Shown here: piece after piece, positions 18,308 to 27,524 of the stretch
Numbering within the stretch: position 1 is the first letter of the stretch
Layout: every line of letters starts with the position of its first letter
Origin: a virus
Length of the DNA: 43,907 bases
Strand: one strand, 5' to 3'
Virus record (IMG/VR): IMGVR_UViG_3300045988_014027
Location: 1 to 43,907 of that record
The notes under the pieces: model-generated
Databases searched by the model: none
What the model saw: the letters and a program-made list of their open reading frames with translations, nothing else
What the model was told of the DNA's origin: nothing
Translations under genes and position numbers: made by a program

Positions 18308-18922
18308 TTAAATACTATTTGATGCAGCAGAAAGGGCATAGCCCCCGAAGACTTCTTTGAACATGTTAGTTTTATCGAAAGTAGATGCTCCAGAATAGTA
18401 TTTCTTGTAAGGCTCACCACCGAACGCAGTCGCTGACAAGGCGTTAAATGTCATGTTGTCGTCTTGGCGAGTTTGGGCAGTATCAGTATCAGTTGCAACG
18501 TTTTGAGTTGATTCTTGCATAATGCCGTTAGCGAAACCAAAGAATACTGAGTGTTTGCGGTCAAGTGTTTCAGATTCAATCAATACCGCTGTGTGAGGTT
18601 TTTCGCCATCCATAACGTAACCACCCTTGCCGTCTGGTTTGAAACCAAGCATTTTTTGTTTGATTTCAAAGTCAAGGTTGTTGAAGTCGAAAGCGACCGT
18701 TGGTGAACCTGGGGCAATCATTACATCTTGTACTGAGTTGTTCCCTGGAATCTTAGTCGCTTGACCTTCCAAGTTGGAAATGTTAGCGGTACGAGTACCA
18801 AGCATTTTAGAATCGACTTCGATAACGCCTTCTGTTGAAAGCCCATCATTGCCTTTAAGTAGTTTTTGGGTTTTAGGGTCAACCAATGCAAGGCGGACCA
18901 TTTTCAAACCTACAATTGCCAT
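18308..18922 (-). CDS. Major tail protein
   Basis: 204-aa ORF in the canonical position. N-terminus MAIVGLKMVRLALVD is typical of phi13-family major tail proteins. Confidence 0.8.
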   Translation of the reverse strand: MAIVGLKMVRLALVDPKTQKLLKGNDGLSTEGVIEVDSKMLGTRTANISNLEGQATKIPGNNSVQDVMIAPGSPTVAFDFNNLDFEIKQKMLGFKPDGKGGYVMDGEKPHTAVLIESETLDRKHSVFFGFANGIMQESTQNVATDTDTAQTRQDDNMTFNALSATAFGGEPYKKYYSGASTFDKTNMFKEVFGGYALSAASNSI

Positions 18923-18940
18923 ATAGTAATTTCTCCTTTG

Positions 18941-19312
18941 TTAAATTAGCTTATCGAGAGCAACAAAAAAGACCGCCGTAATCTGCAATGTATCGGGGTC
19001 TATGCTATGTTCTCTCATATCTGTAATTGAGTAGTGTTCAGATTTTAGGAATTTCAGCAATTCCATCTCAAAGGCTTCAATATCGAAATCAATATCTGCC
19101 TTGTAAAAAATCTGTACCTCTACTCTATCCGTTTTACTGAAAAAGGTATTGTTTCCGCTTAAGTCAAGGGATGGATTGCTTTCGGTGAGCAAAACGATTG
19201 TCTTATCGGTGTTTTCTTCGAGTTCTTTAGGCAAGTTGTTTGCATATACTTCGCTTATTTCACCAAATTCTTTGCCGTCAATCAGCTCTTTTAGTTTTAC
19301 GGTTGCTAACAC
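18941..19312 (-). CDS. Tail completion / tail terminator-like protein
   Basis: 123-aa ORF (GTG start) between the gp10-like gene and the major tail protein gene. Confidence 0.55.
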   Translation of the reverse strand: MLATVKLKELIDGKEFGEISEVYANNLPKELEENTDKTIVLLTESNPSLDLSGNNTFFSKTDRVEVQIFYKADIDFDIEAFEMELLKFLKSEHYSITDMREHSIDPDTLQITAVFFVALDKLI

Positions 19313-19316
19313 TTAA

Positions 19317-19739
19317 TCACTTCCCACCTTTCCTACGGATAAATTTTTCATATTCCTCTTTTTCTGCCAATAGCACTTTCTTTTGAACACTGCTATCGTT
19401 TTGGACGTTGGTAACGAAATGATCAGCACGGTATTTCTTGGTGCCGTCATTTAAACGTCTAGCATTTTGGGCATGGTAATTATTTTTCCATCCTACGGTT
19501 GCCACGCCAGTTTTTCTGCCATCCGCATTAGTGGACTGGACAGATAAACCGTCAGCCATGTGCCCATACTTCAAATGTTTCTTATTTGAGTAGTGTTTCT
19601 CACGGGTTACATCTTCTAACTCCTTTTGAAACACCTTTGCACCAGCGGTGGTAATCTTAGCTTGTTCCGCTGGTGTTAAATCGCCAATACTGGCTACTGT
19701 TTCAAGCCAGCCCTCTAGCGCCTTATCAAGCCCTACCAT
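19317..19739 (-). CDS. HK97 gp10-family head-tail joining protein
   Basis: 140-aa ORF. Call rests on position and size. Confidence 0.6.
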   Translation of the reverse strand: MVGLDKALEGWLETVASIGDLTPAEQAKITTAGAKVFQKELEDVTREKHYSNKKHLKYGHMADGLSVQSTNADGRKTGVATVGWKNNYHAQNARRLNDGTKKYRADHFVTNVQNDSSVQKKVLLAEKEEYEKFIRRKGGK

Positions 19740-19745
19740 AAGCCA

Positions 19746-20096
19746 TCACCCAACTTTCTTGCGCTTTCTCAAAGTCAGAAAGTCGTAGCGGTTAAGCCCA
19801 AAGTTTTCGTTGGGGCTAACTCGCACAATGTCATACTGAGTGCCATTTAGGACGGCCACTTGACCTTCAACTACTTTGGCATTATGTCGAATAACGATGA
19901 CTTTGGTGTCGGTTTCGCCATTTTGTTGAGCCAAATACTCTTGATTGAGTGTGCGAGTGTGTGGCTTATAGTGCAATGTAAACTGTTTGACGAATTTAGG
20001 CACATTAACACCCGTGAATTTATTGGGTGTGCTTTGGTATGTACCAAAATCAGCCTTAAAACGAAAATCTGAGGGTAAGTATCTAACTTTAGCCAT
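19746..20096 (-). CDS. Head closure / head-tail adaptor protein
   Basis: 116-aa ORF overlapping the upstream stop as TAATG. SPP1 gp16-like position. Confidence 0.65.
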   Translation of the reverse strand: MAKVRYLPSDFRFKADFGTYQSTPNKFTGVNVPKFVKQFTLHYKPHTRTLNQEYLAQQNGETDTKVIVIRHNAKVVEGQVAVLNGTQYDIVRVSPNENFGLNRYDFLTLRKRKKVG

Positions 20097-20410
20097 TAGT
20101 CACCTCTTTCCTCGCTATACGTTGCGTATAAGCCCCTTAATTGCCCGATTATGCTATTCAAAGTGAGATTGATAGGATAAGTTACCGTATCAGTTAAAGC
20201 CACTCTGTAAGTGAAATACGAGCTTGTGAGAGCTATTACAGCCGTGTCAAACAAAGATTCTACACTGTCAAGGTCATAGAATTTTGGGTCGTTACCGACT
20301 GCATTGATAATATACTGTTGAGCTGATTCAATGTAAGCTGGAATGAGTGCGGTGTCGTCTGTCTCATCCAGATTGAGGGTCTGCATGATAGTTTCCTTAG
20401 ATACACTCAT
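20096..20410 (-). CDS. Head-tail connector (gp6-like, QLRG family)
   Basis: 104 aa. Contains the QLRG motif (IIGQLRGLY). Located directly after the capsid gene. Confidence 0.7.
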   Translation of the reverse strand: MSVSKETIMQTLNLDETDDTALIPAYIESAQQYIINAVGNDPKFYDLDSVESLFDTAVIALTSSYFTYRVALTDTVTYPINLTLNSIIGQLRGLYATYSEERGD

Positions 20411-20424
20411 TACTTACCTCCTAA

Positions 20425-21615
20425 TTAGGCTCCTGGTGTAAGATTAGCTTTTTGGTCAGCGATTGCTTTGAATGATGCTGGCACAAACGCTTCTTCATCC
20501 GTTTTAACAACATCGAAGCGGTCAATAACACGTACTTTAGTAGTGTCGGTTTCGAAAGCTCCACCACCGATGTTTGTTGAAAGCAATGACAAGTGTTGAC
20601 GGTCAAACAATGTTACTGCCTGTTTCAAATCACCAAAGTAAAGTGGCATAGCTCCACCAGTACCATTAGCAAGCCAGCGGTCAGATACTTCTTTAACTGT
20701 GAAACCATCGATTGAGTAGCCAGTTGGTGATTTCACATCACGTTCCATCAAGTAGTCACCCATTGCATTCTTAACTTTCTTAAGAGCAGTGAAGCCTGAA
20801 GTGTTAGTCAAGAAGAATGAGGTTTGTTTAATTGCTGGGTCAACTTTAGCTTCAAGGTCAATGATGTCGTCCCATTTAGCCAATGTTGGTTTAGTTGGGA
20901 GTGTAGCAATAACTTCCAAGATAGCTTTGTTGCGAGTTACAACGACTTTCTTAGCAATCCATCCAGACAACCAAGCAAGGATATTTTCAGCAGAATCAGC
21001 AAGCAAGCTGTTAGTTACTGTTGAGATACCAGCATAGCGCTTGATAGCGTAGCGGATAAGAGAAAGTTTTGGATCGTCGTTTTGACCAATTTGACCAGCT
21101 TCATCATCAATTTTATTGAGACCAGTAATATCAGCCCATTTTTCGTAAACACGAGAACCAGTAAGAGTCGTTACGTTTTCGACATTAACATACTCTTGCA
21201 ATGAATCGTATTGACGAACCAATGTATTGATAGCTGTACGGATATCTTGAGGGATAGTCAAGCCAGCGTCAGAGCCAGTAGCGTCTGTTTTAGAATCAAG
21301 CAAGTTTTGGTAACGACCACGAACGAGGTTTTTAAAGTCTTTAACAAAAGAAGCTTTAACTTCTTCTTCGTTCTCAGTCAATGGTTTCTTGTCTTCTTCA
21401 GACATGTTAACTACTTCATTAGCACGCGCTTCTGTGTATTGTTCTTTGAACATATCACGCTTCATTTTAGCGGTGTCACGCTCGTTTTTGATAGCTTGCA
21501 ATTCTTCAGCGGTTACTGAATCATCAAGCATAGCTACGTTAAGTTTTTCATTAAGATTTTCGACCTTGTCGCCTTGAGCAACCCAAAGGTCATGCAATTC
21601 GTTTGATGTTTTCAT
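20425..21615 (-). CDS. Major capsid protein, HK97 family
   Basis: About 396 aa with a coiled-coil delta-like N-terminus, downstream of the ClpP-type protease. ATG at 21615 has an AAAGGAAG RBS. Confidence 0.85.
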   Translation of the reverse strand: MKTSNELHDLWVAQGDKVENLNEKLNVAMLDDSVTAEELQAIKNERDTAKMKRDMFKEQYTEARANEVVNMSEEDKKPLTENEEEVKASFVKDFKNLVRGRYQNLLDSKTDATGSDAGLTIPQDIRTAINTLVRQYDSLQEYVNVENVTTLTGSRVYEKWADITGLNKIDDEAGQIGQNDDPKLSLIRYAIKRYAGISTVTNSLLADSAENILAWLSGWIAKKVVVTRNKAILEVIATLPTKPTLAKWDDIIDLEAKVDPAIKQTSFFLTNTSGFTALKKVKNAMGDYLMERDVKSPTGYSIDGFTVKEVSDRWLANGTGGAMPLYFGDLKQAVTLFDRQHLSLLSTNIGGGAFETDTTKVRVIDRFDVVKTDEEAFVPASFKAIADQKANLTPGA

Positions 21616-21629
21616 CAATCATCTTCCTT

Positions 21630-22298
21630 TCATTTTTCAAGTAAAATCGCCAATTTCTGCTCACGCAATGAATTGGTTTTAGGTGTAGCAATCATATTCT
21701 TAAATTTAGTGATTGCTGCTTTGCTTGGTAGTTGATGTACTGCATTAGTAACCATGATTTCTTCTTCGTCATCGTTGAAAAACATGATTTCGTCCGCAAA
21801 ACCTTTATCAACGGCAGTTTTGGCGTTAAGCCATGTCTCTTTAGCCATGAGATCAAGTAATTCTGGCTGTTTAAGTCCAGTTTTCATCTCATAAGCCAAA
21901 GCAATGGATTCGTCAATACTATTCAATACTGCCGATTGATGTTCTAGGTCATCGCTATTACCAACGATACCAGTTGACGCTTTGTGAATCATAATATGCG
22001 CCGTTGGACTGATACGAACAGTATCGCCAGCCATAGAAATGACACTCGCAGCACTAGCCGCAAGTCCTTGCACATTAACCACAATACGCTTGCCACTAGC
22101 TTTAAGCATGGTATAGATTTCGCTTGCTGCAAACACATCACCACCATTTGACGCAATATTAAGCGTGATTTCTTCGTCTTCATCGTTAGCAATGGCATCC
22201 TGTACCAGTTTTGGATAGGTACTAGACATACCAAAATACTCATAGAAAGCACCAGCATCATCACTTACAATATCGCCTTTAATGTCAATCTTGCCCAT
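21630..22298 (-). CDS. Prohead (head maturation) protease, ClpP/S14 family
   Basis: Motifs IASNGGDVFAA, GLAASAASVISMAG and MIHKA. Confidence 0.85.
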   Translation of the reverse strand: MGKIDIKGDIVSDDAGAFYEYFGMSSTYPKLVQDAIANDEDEEITLNIASNGGDVFAASEIYTMLKASGKRIVVNVQGLAASAASVISMAGDTVRISPTAHIMIHKASTGIVGNSDDLEHQSAVLNSIDESIALAYEMKTGLKQPELLDLMAKETWLNAKTAVDKGFADEIMFFNDDEEEIMVTNAVHQLPSKAAITKFKNMIATPKTNSLREQKLAILLEK

Positions 22299-23445
22299 TT
22301 ATCTCACCTCCTTTCAATGTGGTCCTATTAGGGTTCTTACCCTCTGGCAACTCTTTAGGTAAAATTTCAGCTTGTTGCAAAATATACAAACCTTGATTCT
22401 GTGCGAGTGTGCCACTCTTGACCATGCTATTGATACGGCTGATATAGTTAGCACCAGTCGGATCAACCGCTGGGAAAATATCTGCGTCCACATCGCATGA
22501 AAGTTTCTGAGATAGCTCACTAAGAAACGGTCTTAAATAGCGTGCTACTGCTTTAGAGTACACATTGGAACTCATTTCTAGTGATGATTGTTGGTCTCCT
22601 TGTCCTCCGACAACGTTCTCTGGGATACCGTAGACTTTGGCAAATTGTCCGGTCGTCCAGTCCGCTTGCTTAAGTAGTTGGGCCACGTTGGATTTAATTT
22701 CAAGAGGTGTGAAGTCCTCTAAATCATCCAGTACCAACGGACCGCCTTGCATTTGCTTCATCGCTTGTCGTGAGCGTGAGACCTTTGTTTTAAAATCAAG
22801 CAACCCACCGCCTTTGATTTTCAAGATACCATTGGCGTTTAGGGCATTCTTAAGTGAATTAAGCGTTAGCTTATCGCTGGCTTTCTGAATGTCCAATTCT
22901 CTACCAAGAGCCATCAACGGACTTACGCTTGTCAAACCACCATCCACTGACAACAATCTAAAGTGTAAGATGTCGCTTTGTGGAACATGCTGTTTTGGCG
23001 GAATGCGTGGATCATCAAAAGTGATGTTATAGTATAGACCGTTTTGATTATCCAAACGGTTAAACGAGACTTGAGATGGTCTCAAATACTCCCACTTCAT
23101 ATCACGCCCATTGTCATTTCTCCAACGATAAGCAAAGGCTTCCCCACCCAATAGCATTTGAGCAAAGATAGACTGATAGAAATTAAAGCGGTTAGCGTTA
23201 TTTGATGGGTTATCTACGATACCTTGTAATTGTTTACGGCTAGTCGTTAACTTGGCGGTCGCAAGGTCATTGGATAGTTGACTGATAATAGAGAATAGGT
23301 CTGAGTTTTTAAGAGCAGTTTCGGCTGAAACCCACTCGCTACCATTCAAGGTAGCTAAAAACTCTGGATCAGTAATATCAAAAAAGCCCCCTTGATTACT
23401 AGGTGGGCTCTCTGTTGCGAGATTGGTTATATTAAATACTGGCAA
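22285..23445 (-). CDS. Portal protein, HK97 family
   Basis: 386-aa ORF between TerL and the protease. TTG start with GGAGG 9 nt upstream. Confidence 0.85.
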   Translation of the reverse strand: MPVFNITNLATESPPSNQGGFFDITDPEFLATLNGSEWVSAETALKNSDLFSIISQLSNDLATAKLTTSRKQLQGIVDNPSNNANRFNFYQSIFAQMLLGGEAFAYRWRNDNGRDMKWEYLRPSQVSFNRLDNQNGLYYNITFDDPRIPPKQHVPQSDILHFRLLSVDGGLTSVSPLMALGRELDIQKASDKLTLNSLKNALNANGILKIKGGGLLDFKTKVSRSRQAMKQMQGGPLVLDDLEDFTPLEIKSNVAQLLKQADWTTGQFAKVYGIPENVVGGQGDQQSSLEMSSNVYSKAVARYLRPFLSELSQKLSCDVDADIFPAVDPTGANYISRINSMVKSGTLAQNQGLYILQQAEILPKELPEGKNPNRTTLKGGEINGQD

Positions 23446-23462
23446 TCGTTATCACCTCCTTT

Positions 23463-23642
23463 CTAGCCTTTCTTGCTAGCTAGTTCACTAACCAACCCAG
23501 CTAGTACGAATGTGATGGTCATACTAACGCCAAACCACACATAGCCAATGTGGTAAGTGGTGACATTAAGCGAAATTGCAGCTAAAATGAACATCAAAAT
23601 GTCAAAAATAGCCCAAATTGCCTTAAAAAACTTTAAAATCAT
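23463..23642 (-). CDS. Small membrane protein (59 aa)
   Basis: Below the ORF-track size cutoff. ATG at 23642. Translation MILKFFKAIWAIFDILMFILAAISL...GVSMTITFVLAGLV has two hydrophobic helices and fills the TerL-portal gap. Confidence 0.45.
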   Translation of the reverse strand: MILKFFKAIWAIFDILMFILAAISLNVTTYHIGYVWFGVSMTITFVLAGLVSELASKKG

Positions 23643-23645
23643 GTA

Positions 23646-25523
23646 TTAATACTCCTCTAATAGCCCACTATCTGGGTTTTTTAGCCAATTTAAAACGGCT
23701 TCTTGACTCATGTGTTCTACCTTCCACGTTGGATTGTTAGTAATAGCGTAATCTTCGAACGCATACATGCCGTCATAGAATGCGTCAATAAGAGCATCCA
23801 CCACGTCGATTTTATAGGTGGATTTCATTTTATCTACTTGGATACCGATGTTGTCTTCTTTAATCACCGCATTTATCAAGGCTTTACGCATGATTTCATC
23901 ATCAAGGCGAGTGATATTCCCTTCGATAAAGAGCGTTTGAAGGAATTTTGTAGGGTCTTTCAGTTCACTTGTACGCTGTCTAATAGGCATCATTGGGAAA
24001 CTAGTGTTAGATTCCAAGGCCTTGATAATTTTTGATACTCCCATAGCATCGTAGCCAAAAAAGACCACATCAAGCTGATTATCCTCTACATACTCACAAA
24101 ACCAGCGATACACTTCCTCTGGGTTAATAAGTCCTTGTGGATGGCTTGTAATCGTGCAAAAACCCTTGGTTTCCAAGTCTCGATAGTTGACACCGTCCTG
24201 TTCCATCTTGGCTTCTAGCGAACCCGCTTGTTGCCAAGGGATAAAACTGTGCTGTTCGATGTGCCATTTCTGACTGCCATCTTCAGTAACGTAGGGATAG
24301 ACGAAACCAATAGCCGTGTTATCGCTAAACATTGACGCATCCAACCCGACATAAACACGCTTACCCTTGATATCAAATTCATCAACGACTGCATTCTCAA
24401 TATCGTCTAAATCAAGGAAACTGTTGCTATCTGCCAATAGCCAGCAATTCATGTTCTTAACTTGGAAGTCAGCAAGTTTTCCCATAAGCAGCTTTTTATC
24501 ACGCTCGGAAAGTAGCCCCTTCATCAATCCATCTTTTAGTTTCGGATGGTTAAGCAACGGGTTACTTTTTGCCCACGTTTCTGGTTTAAACACTTCTTCC
24601 AAGTTATCTTGCGACCAGATTAAACATAACTGATCATCACCAGAACGGTCAAAGTCACGTTCCATGATTTCAATTAATTTCTTTTGCTCTTGATGAAATG
24701 GAACATCGGGCGTTTGGTAAGAAGTTGAAATTTCAATGAAGCGTGAGCCTTCAGTATTAACTTGCCCGGATGTGATTTTAGAAATACCTTCATCCGTTCT
24801 AAGCTCACCGACTTCATCGGCCACAGCCAGTTTAAAGTGTTTACCGTCAAATTTACCAGATTCAAACGAAATGGTGTGAATAGTATTGGCATCTACGAGA
24901 GATTTAATTTCTCGTGAATATAATTGGACTTGCGTTTCCTCTGCTAACGACTTAAACGGTTCATTCTCTATGATTCTAGCCATCATAGATTTAACATAAG
25001 TATATAGCTTCATCGTTTGGTCAAAGTTTAGCGAACTAACAAGAAAATCTTGGTTACTTTGTCCAATAATTTCAATCAGATAAGAGAAATTAAGGCAAAT
25101 ACCAGCTATCATCGTTTTCCCTTGCGAACGTGCAATAGAAATAATGATATTTGAAAACCTTGGTACATCGTCTAAGTCAAACCACGCAAAGAGTTGAGCG
25201 AATATAAAATACTGCCAATCCATCGGCTCTAGCTTTTGGCTTAGATCATCAACGTTTGGCACTAATGATAGGAATTTCAAGAAACGGTTAAATGCATCAA
25301 CCGAATAGACATAAGGAAAATCGCTATCCCCTTGTCTTTGCAAGTCTCGGAGGTGTCGGAAACATGCTAATTGGATATTGTAGCCAGCGACAATCTTGCC
25401 ATCTAGCACGTTAAAACAGTATTGTGTGCCATAGTCGGTATAGGTTTTTCGCTCGTAAGAAAAATCGATGCTATTATAAGCACCGATTACATCTTTTGAT
25501 TTGGTTAAATCAATCTTTTGCAT
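23646..25523 (-). CDS. Terminase large subunit
   Basis: 625 aa. P-loop-like SQGKT, Walker B-like LAVADEVG, C-terminal nuclease region. RBS AAAGGAGG. Confidence 0.9.
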   Translation of the reverse strand: MQKIDLTKSKDVIGAYNSIDFSYERKTYTDYGTQYCFNVLDGKIVAGYNIQLACFRHLRDLQRQGDSDFPYVYSVDAFNRFLKFLSLVPNVDDLSQKLEPMDWQYFIFAQLFAWFDLDDVPRFSNIIISIARSQGKTMIAGICLNFSYLIEIIGQSNQDFLVSSLNFDQTMKLYTYVKSMMARIIENEPFKSLAEETQVQLYSREIKSLVDANTIHTISFESGKFDGKHFKLAVADEVGELRTDEGISKITSGQVNTEGSRFIEISTSYQTPDVPFHQEQKKLIEIMERDFDRSGDDQLCLIWSQDNLEEVFKPETWAKSNPLLNHPKLKDGLMKGLLSERDKKLLMGKLADFQVKNMNCWLLADSNSFLDLDDIENAVVDEFDIKGKRVYVGLDASMFSDNTAIGFVYPYVTEDGSQKWHIEQHSFIPWQQAGSLEAKMEQDGVNYRDLETKGFCTITSHPQGLINPEEVYRWFCEYVEDNQLDVVFFGYDAMGVSKIIKALESNTSFPMMPIRQRTSELKDPTKFLQTLFIEGNITRLDDEIMRKALINAVIKEDNIGIQVDKMKSTYKIDVVDALIDAFYDGMYAFEDYAITNNPTWKVEHMSQEAVLNWLKNPDSGLLEEY

Positions 25524-25535
25524 GTTTCACCTCCT

Positions 25536-25994
25536 TTATTTGAAGAATGCCGCCATTTTATCTTTCATTGAAGAATTATCCGCTTGACTTCCGGCTATTT
25601 CTGCTAATTCTGCCCGTCCTTTAGGGGTCAAACCTAGCTGAATCCCTATTTTATTAAGGGTTTCGGTAGCATCTTTCATTGTCGCAACGGCTGGGTTTTT
25701 TTTAAAGCCCATAGACTGCTCGCCTAGAATCTCGCCACTACCTTGTGCTTGGATAAGTTTTTTAATTTCGGTTTGGATACCGTTTTCTTTGACATCCTCA
25801 TAGGCTTTTTTGTAGATCTCGTAGTTAGTACAGTAGGTTTCCACAAGAAACGTGTCAATGCGTTCGACCTTTTCTGTTGCTTCTAAAAACGGAATGATTT
25901 TGCGCCAAGTCTCTCTAGCCACCGTACCTAAGTAGTTCGGAGGGTCCGTTGGTAAACGCCCCGAATTTTGCTTGAAGTATGGATTCTTGACCAC
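25536..25994 (-). CDS. Terminase small subunit, P27 family
   Basis: 152 aa (GTG start, GGAGGG RBS). The region PPNYLGTVARETWRKIIPFL is typical of P27-family TerS. Confidence 0.8.
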   Translation of the reverse strand: MVKNPYFKQNSGRLPTDPPNYLGTVARETWRKIIPFLEATEKVERIDTFLVETYCTNYEIYKKAYEDVKENGIQTEIKKLIQAQGSGEILGEQSMGFKKNPAVATMKDATETLNKIGIQLGLTPKGRAELAEIAGSQADNSSMKDKMAAFFK

Positions 25995-26084
25995 ATCGCA
26001 CCCTCCTTTCTATTTTCAATTATGACACCGCTTAAAAATCCTCAAAATTGGCGTGCGATACAAGACAACACCTTGTGGCGGCTC

Positions 26085-26115
26085 TCCTTGGCACGAGAGA
26101 GGGGCGGGGGTCAAT
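26085..26115. other. Candidate cos site: GC-rich island between HNH and TerS
   Basis: ggcacgagagaggggcgggggtc (26090-26112) stands out in an AT-rich intergenic region just upstream of terS. An adjacent HNH gene is typical of cos-type HK97-like packaging. Confidence 0.4.
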
Positions 26116-26174
26116 TTTAAATCGTGTCGAGGGTTATTACACCACCCTTATTATAGAATCGTGCTATGGGCTTA

Positions 26175-26693
26175 TTAGAGGGGTTTAACGACGTCCTCTT
26201 TTTTGCGGGCTATTAACCCTGCCCACGTTGCCACGGAAAGTCGTAGCTCGGTGTTTTGTTTCGTTCTATTTTGACCAGTACCATAGATTTCTTGCTCTAG
26301 TGTACGCTTGGTATTATCGCAGCTTCTGCACGTTGCTACCACGTTTGAAATTTCCGTCCTAAGTTCTGGCGCAATTTCAACGGGTGTAACGTGGTCGCCT
26401 ATGCGTGCGTCTGGTGTGGTCACACCCAACGCTAGACAGTACTGACATAGATAGTTGTCACGTTCTAATGCAATCTTACGAATAGAAGACCAAGTCTTTG
26501 AATGATAGAACGCATACCGTTCCTTGCTTTCATCGTCTCGGTTCCTTACTCGTTTGTTGTATCTAGTGCGTGAGTATCTCTGCCTCTCTTCCATGTATGC
26601 TGCTTCCATACTGTGGTGTGTCGTACAGTAGTGTGCTGGTCTCTCTGCTAAGGCACGGCACCCCTCTGCCTTACATCGTCTGACCATCGGCAT
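26175..26693 (-). CDS. HNH endonuclease (packaging-associated)
   Basis: CQYC...GDHV...CRSCDNTKR is an HNH/zinc motif. Start ambiguous (three ATGs). The ATG at 26693 has the best spacing to GGAGG. Confidence 0.85.
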   Translation of the reverse strand: MPMVRRCKAEGCRALAERPAHYCTTHHSMEAAYMEERQRYSRTRYNKRVRNRDDESKERYAFYHSKTWSSIRKIALERDNYLCQYCLALGVTTPDARIGDHVTPVEIAPELRTEISNVVATCRSCDNTKRTLEQEIYGTGQNRTKQNTELRLSVATWAGLIARKKEDVVKPL

Positions 26694-26754
26694 TGGCATA
26701 CCTCCTTTCAGATAAAGTAAAAGAAGAACACTACTGTGTCCTTCTGATTCGATA

Positions 26755-26811
26755 ATACTATATTACCACGACCATAGTATAGTGGAGTATAGATTGGTAT
26801 ATACCACTATA
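26755..26811 (-). promoter_or_regulatory. Repeat cluster (TATAGT/ACTATA hexamers, 8-bp inverted repeat) upstream of the packaging operon; candidate late promoter or activator site
   Basis: tatagtgg (26778-26785) and ccactata (26804-26811) form a perfect inverted repeat with an 18-nt spacer. More ACTATA/TATAGT copies at 26756-26792. Confidence 0.35.
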
Positions 26812-26813
26812 GA

Positions 26814-27212
26814 TTAATCCAAATACTTCTCAGCTTGTCTTAGCTTAACGTAGTAGGTAGCCTTACTAAAGCCCATGCGGTCACATATCTGCCAGATATC
26901 TAGCTGGTCTATGTACACCATTTGCAGTAGGGATCTAGCGTCTATATCCCCCACGTTTGCTATCTGCCGGCGAAACTCCAGCTTTTGTTTGATAGCTTCA
27001 GCAGTGAAGCGTTCTACTTCTTCACGAGCCGTCATAAGCTCCACATAGATATCATCCTTGCCTTTACGCTTACCACCTTGTACCCTGTCAGTCTGCATAG
27101 CTCCAGCCGTTACTTTGAGTGCTTGCGATTCCAGCCGTTTTATCTGTTCTATCTGACTGTCAATGTATCTATCAAGTGCCTTGATTTGTTGCAGCCGTTC
27201 AACCGTTCTCAT
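26814..27212 (-). CDS. Putative late-gene transcriptional activator (sigma-70 region-4-like HTH; ArpU/RinA/DUF1492-like)
   Basis: The C-terminus LLQMVYIDQLDIWQICDRMGFSKATYYVKLRQAEKYL looks like a region-4 HTH. Located just upstream of HNH and terminase. ATG at 27212 has an AAAGGA RBS. The track's N-terminal extension has no RBS. Confidence 0.65.
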   Translation of the reverse strand: MRTVERLQQIKALDRYIDSQIEQIKRLESQALKVTAGAMQTDRVQGGKRKGKDDIYVELMTAREEVERFTAEAIKQKLEFRRQIANVGDIDARSLLQMVYIDQLDIWQICDRMGFSKATYYVKLRQAEKYLD

Positions 27213-27524
27213 AAATTTGTTTCCTTTATGGTATAATATTATTATTAGCGTTTGAACAGTCCTGGGCATTAGTCTGGGTCTTTTTTTATACAAGAATAAA
27301 GAAGGATTAGGGTACCACCTCCCATGCTTTAGATTTAGCCTTGCCACCAGCAATGCAAGACTAGGATTGAAAAAAATAAAAAGGATTCCTCGATTCTATA
27401 ACTTATTATTTACTGGATTTTTGGTGCCGAGGTCTGTCAGCTCGACGGTGTTAAAAAAGTGTCTCTTGGATATTTTGACAGACAATAGCTAGCAAGGGAG
27501 TCGAACCCTCGTAAACCGTTCTAG

